A DNA stretch of 32,296 bases from the NCBI GenBank assembly GCA_024278215.1, contig JAJRTR010000014.1:1-32296 (forward strand), read 5' to 3'. The notes beneath the pieces are model-generated. The model ran no database searches. It saw only the letters and a program-made list of their open reading frames with translations, and was not told the origin of the DNA. Of this stretch, positions 30,013-32,296 are shown piece by piece. Made by a program: the position numbers and the translations under genes. Each line of letters opens with the position of its first letter. The first letter of the stretch is position 1. This DNA is from a bacterium (GTDB lineage Bacteria; UBP15; UBA6099; JAJRTR01).

Positions 30013-31002
30013 GTGGTGAACGGTATGGAAAAAAGACCACCGATGGACAAACTATTCGACTCCGCCAGGAACAGGGCGAAGCTCAAGCAGTTGAAAGAAA
30101 AGCTCGCGCAGAAGGAGTTCGTGCAAGCGGAAAAGATATTGCAGCAATACCAGTTGGGAGAGCAGGTGAACAGTGATTCCGACAGCGAGATTGTGCCGGA
30201 AGCTGAAGAGGCGCGGCAGCAGCCACCGCCGGAAATGGTAGAACCCGAGGCGCCTACATATAAAGATATGGCTAGGGATGCCGCACTCAAACACCAGTAT
30301 GTGCAGCAGCGCCCAAAGATCAAGAAAACGGATGATCCGTGCCTGATCTTTTTCAGGGAACATTGCTCGCGTGATGTTTTCAGCCGTATTTTGGCGGATG
30401 AACCGCGCATGAGGCAGCTTATCAGGGGTGTTCGAGAGGAGATCGTCGTCCTCGACTGCGGTATCAGGAATTTCTCATCTACAGTTCGCGAGATTCCGCC
30501 TGACAGGGTCGTCTCGTTGTTGCAGGCCTATCTCGGCGACATCATCCCCGTCATCGTCACCGAATACGGCGGCTGCATCGGCGAGGTGACGGGCGCGGGA
30601 GTGACGGCATATTTCGGATTGCCGTATAAAGATGAATGGTTCGCTGCTTCGGCTGCCGGAGCCGCGACGGCGATAATGCGGCGTCTCGCGACAATCAACG
30701 AACAACTCGCGCGGCAGGGATTGCCTGCGATCGGTCTTTCGCTCGGACTCGCGCTCGGCCCGGTCTGCGCCGGGTTCCCTGTGACGGAGCATCTGGAGGG
30801 AAAATTTATGGTTTCCGGCGACGCGGTATTCATGGCGCGCGAACTTCAGCGTGTCGCCGCGTTCGACGAAATACTCGCCGGGCCGAGGATCGCAACACAG
30901 ATAAAAAATAAGTGTCAGTTCGAACCTGTGGGCATCACCATTGAATTTATCGACCGGACGGGGATACTGAAAAATTACTCTGCGAACAGGATAGTATGGT
31001 AA
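30013..31002 (+). CDS. Class III adenylate/guanylate cyclase domain protein, catalytically degenerate
   Basis: IRNFSS...PPDRVVSLL..YL...YGG, AYFGLP, IGLSLGLALGPV.AG, VSGDAV..A..LQ, EILAG; charged N-terminal extension; start 30013 or 30025. Confidence 0.82.
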   Translation: MVNGMEKRPPMDKLFDSARNRAKLKQLKEKLAQKEFVQAEKILQQYQLGEQVNSDSDSEIVPEAEEARQQPPPEMVEPEAPTYKDMARDAALKHQYVQQRPKIKKTDDPCLIFFREHCSRDVFSRILADEPRMRQLIRGVREEIVVLDCGIRNFSSTVREIPPDRVVSLLQAYLGDIIPVIVTEYGGCIGEVTGAGVTAYFGLPYKDEWFAASAAGAATAIMRRLATINEQLARQGLPAIGLSLGLALGPVCAGFPVTEHLEGKFMVSGDAVFMARELQRVAAFDEILAGPRIATQIKNKCQFEPVGITIEFIDRTGILKNYSANRIVW

Positions 31003-31178
31003 GTCAATTGCAAAATTATGTTCGTAGCGAGGTCGATCGAAATTGTTCGGAGCAAGGCGGAGGTGTAAAATCCTCGCAGGCGTACTTGTAGAGTACGTCG
31101 AGGACGATTTTGTGCCGACAACGCAGCTATGGACAATAGCAGCCGACCGCAGCAGAATCGGAATTTTGCAATAGGCTC
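31001..31178. repeat. 178-bp ERIC-like palindromic repeat / MITE, copy 2 (inverted relative to copy 1)
   Basis: AAGTCAATTGCAAAATT ... AATTTTGCAATAGGCTC; colinear with 17379-17556; TGGT on both flanks. Confidence 0.9.
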
Positions 31179-31380
31179 TGGTAAGTGATGGTGTATCGCC
31201 GGAGCAGCAGGCAGCCGGCAAAAACATACCGGTTGAATACAATTTAGTTGTTTATACTGGCACAAGTTGCATTTTTCAAATATTATATTGTGATATGCAA
31301 TAGGCTCAATAAGTAAATTTGTTGCTCGGAATCTGTTGCCGAATCCGCAACAAGCCGGGAAGATGAGAGGAGGCGTCCGG

Positions 31381-32296
31381 TTGAGACATTTCAGAAGTGC
31401 CGGATTGCTGACAGCAATTGTAATACTACTTGCGGGTGCCGCCTGCGCGGCAGACCTCACAGCGAGGATCAATGTCGTGCTGGACGACGGCACGATCATG
31501 CTTTACGCGGGCGCGAAAAAAGGCATCGGCATCGGCGATGAATTCGAAGTGACAAGGGGCGGCGACGTAGTCGGCCACATAAGGACGATACGTGTGAAAA
31601 ACCTTTTCTCTTACGCCGAACTCATTGACGGCGATGTCCGGGAAATGGACCTTGCAAAACGCACGAAAAAGGGTGCCCCCGCAAAGGTGGAAAAAGAAAA
31701 GGAAAAACCTGCTGAAAAAAAGGCGGAAAAACGGTCGCGACGTTCCACCACGAGCGATGACAATGAAGAAAAGGAAGTGAAGAAAGAAAGCGGTGCGAAA
31801 ACTTCGTCGCGTTCGAAAAGACGCAAGGAAGCAAAGGAAGAGCAGGAAACAAAGAAGAAAACACGAAAACGTGTTTCGAGAAGGAAAGATGCCGTAGAAG
31901 AGAAAAGGGCGGAGAAGCCGGAAGAAAAACCTGTGCTCGACCTGAAAGCCGTCGAGAAAAGCAAGGCGCTCGCTCCGCTTGGTTCCGTGCGGCCCGCCGG
32001 ATACGGCCTCACCGGCCTGATATATATGCCTACGGCGGATACATTTAAGAAAGGCGCAAGTTCGGTCCATTTCGTCTATACGGACTCCGACTCGGACGAA
32101 ACGATGTTCAGGGACCTCGGGTTCGGGATCACTTACGGACTCGGCGACGACATCGAAGTGGCTTTCACACTGCTCAACTCGGAACTCGACTCGCCTGTCG
32201 CGCTTCCCGCCGGCGCTCAGACAGAACGAAAATCAAATATCTTTTCATTCAAATACCAGTTGAAAAACACGCGGCCGCTTGCGTTCTTCGGTGATA
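31381..32296 (+). CDS. 5' part (partial) of a secreted multidomain protein: small beta domain, Lys/Glu-rich linker, YjbH-like outer-membrane beta-barrel
   Basis: AGGAGG RBS 31368-31373 then TTG; signal peptide; GAKKGIGIGDEFEV...VGHIRTIRV; KE-rich tract; GLTGLIYMPTADT and ITYGLGDDIEV; open to the window end, so absent from the ORF track. Confidence 0.8.
   Translation, partial: MRHFRSAGLLTAIVILLAGAACAADLTARINVVLDDGTIMLYAGAKKGIGIGDEFEVTRGGDVVGHIRTIRVKNLFSYAELIDGDVREMDLAKRTKKGAPAKVEKEKEKPAEKKAEKRSRRSTTSDDNEEKEVKKESGAKTSSRSKRRKEAKEEQETKKKTRKRVSRRKDAVEEKRAEKPEEKPVLDLKAVEKSKALAPLGSVRPAGYGLTGLIYMPTADTFKKGASSVHFVYTDSDSDETMFRDLGFGITYGLGDDIEVAFTLLNSELDSPVALPAGAQTERKSNIFSFKYQLKNTRPLAFFGD

Noticed and set aside
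31258..31271. Possible sigma54 promoter TGGCACAAGTTGCA
   Set aside because: GG-to-GC spacing is 8 nt instead of the strictly required 10

Overview
Bacterial chromosomal segment, probably from a diderm (Tat- and Sec-exported proteins and a YjbH-like beta-barrel gene are present); the lineage cannot be assigned from sequence alone. It holds about 26 mostly housekeeping, envelope and carbohydrate genes, including a GH38 alpha-mannosidase, rhomboid-TPR, galT, moaC, ligA, prmA, GT2/GT4 glycosyltransferases, a phosphodiesterase, a Tat solute-binding protein and a ceramidase-like hydrolase. I found no rRNA, tRNA or CRISPR array. Notable points: (1) A three-gene operon encodes a degenerate TIM barrel, a secreted, PDZ-less, apparently circularly permuted SpoIVB/S55 protease, and a large secreted beta-propeller/Ig protein; a catalytically degenerate class III cyclase lies divergently. 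(2) Two otherwise intact genes are interrupted by single in-frame stops (TAG 2988-2990; TAA 24964-24966) with the family C-terminus preserved behind the stop. (3) A family of ERIC-like 178-bp hairpin repeats/MITEs with GAGCCAATTGCAAAA termini occurs as two full copies, one copy with a nested IS1595-like miniature, orphan ends and a collapsed palindrome. (4) A scar of a truncated IS1634 and an RHS fragment borders an AT-richer glycan-modification cassette. (5) An alpha/beta hydrolase has a PhaC-type Cys nucleophile. Family calls rest on motif recognition and recall only; no database searches were run.
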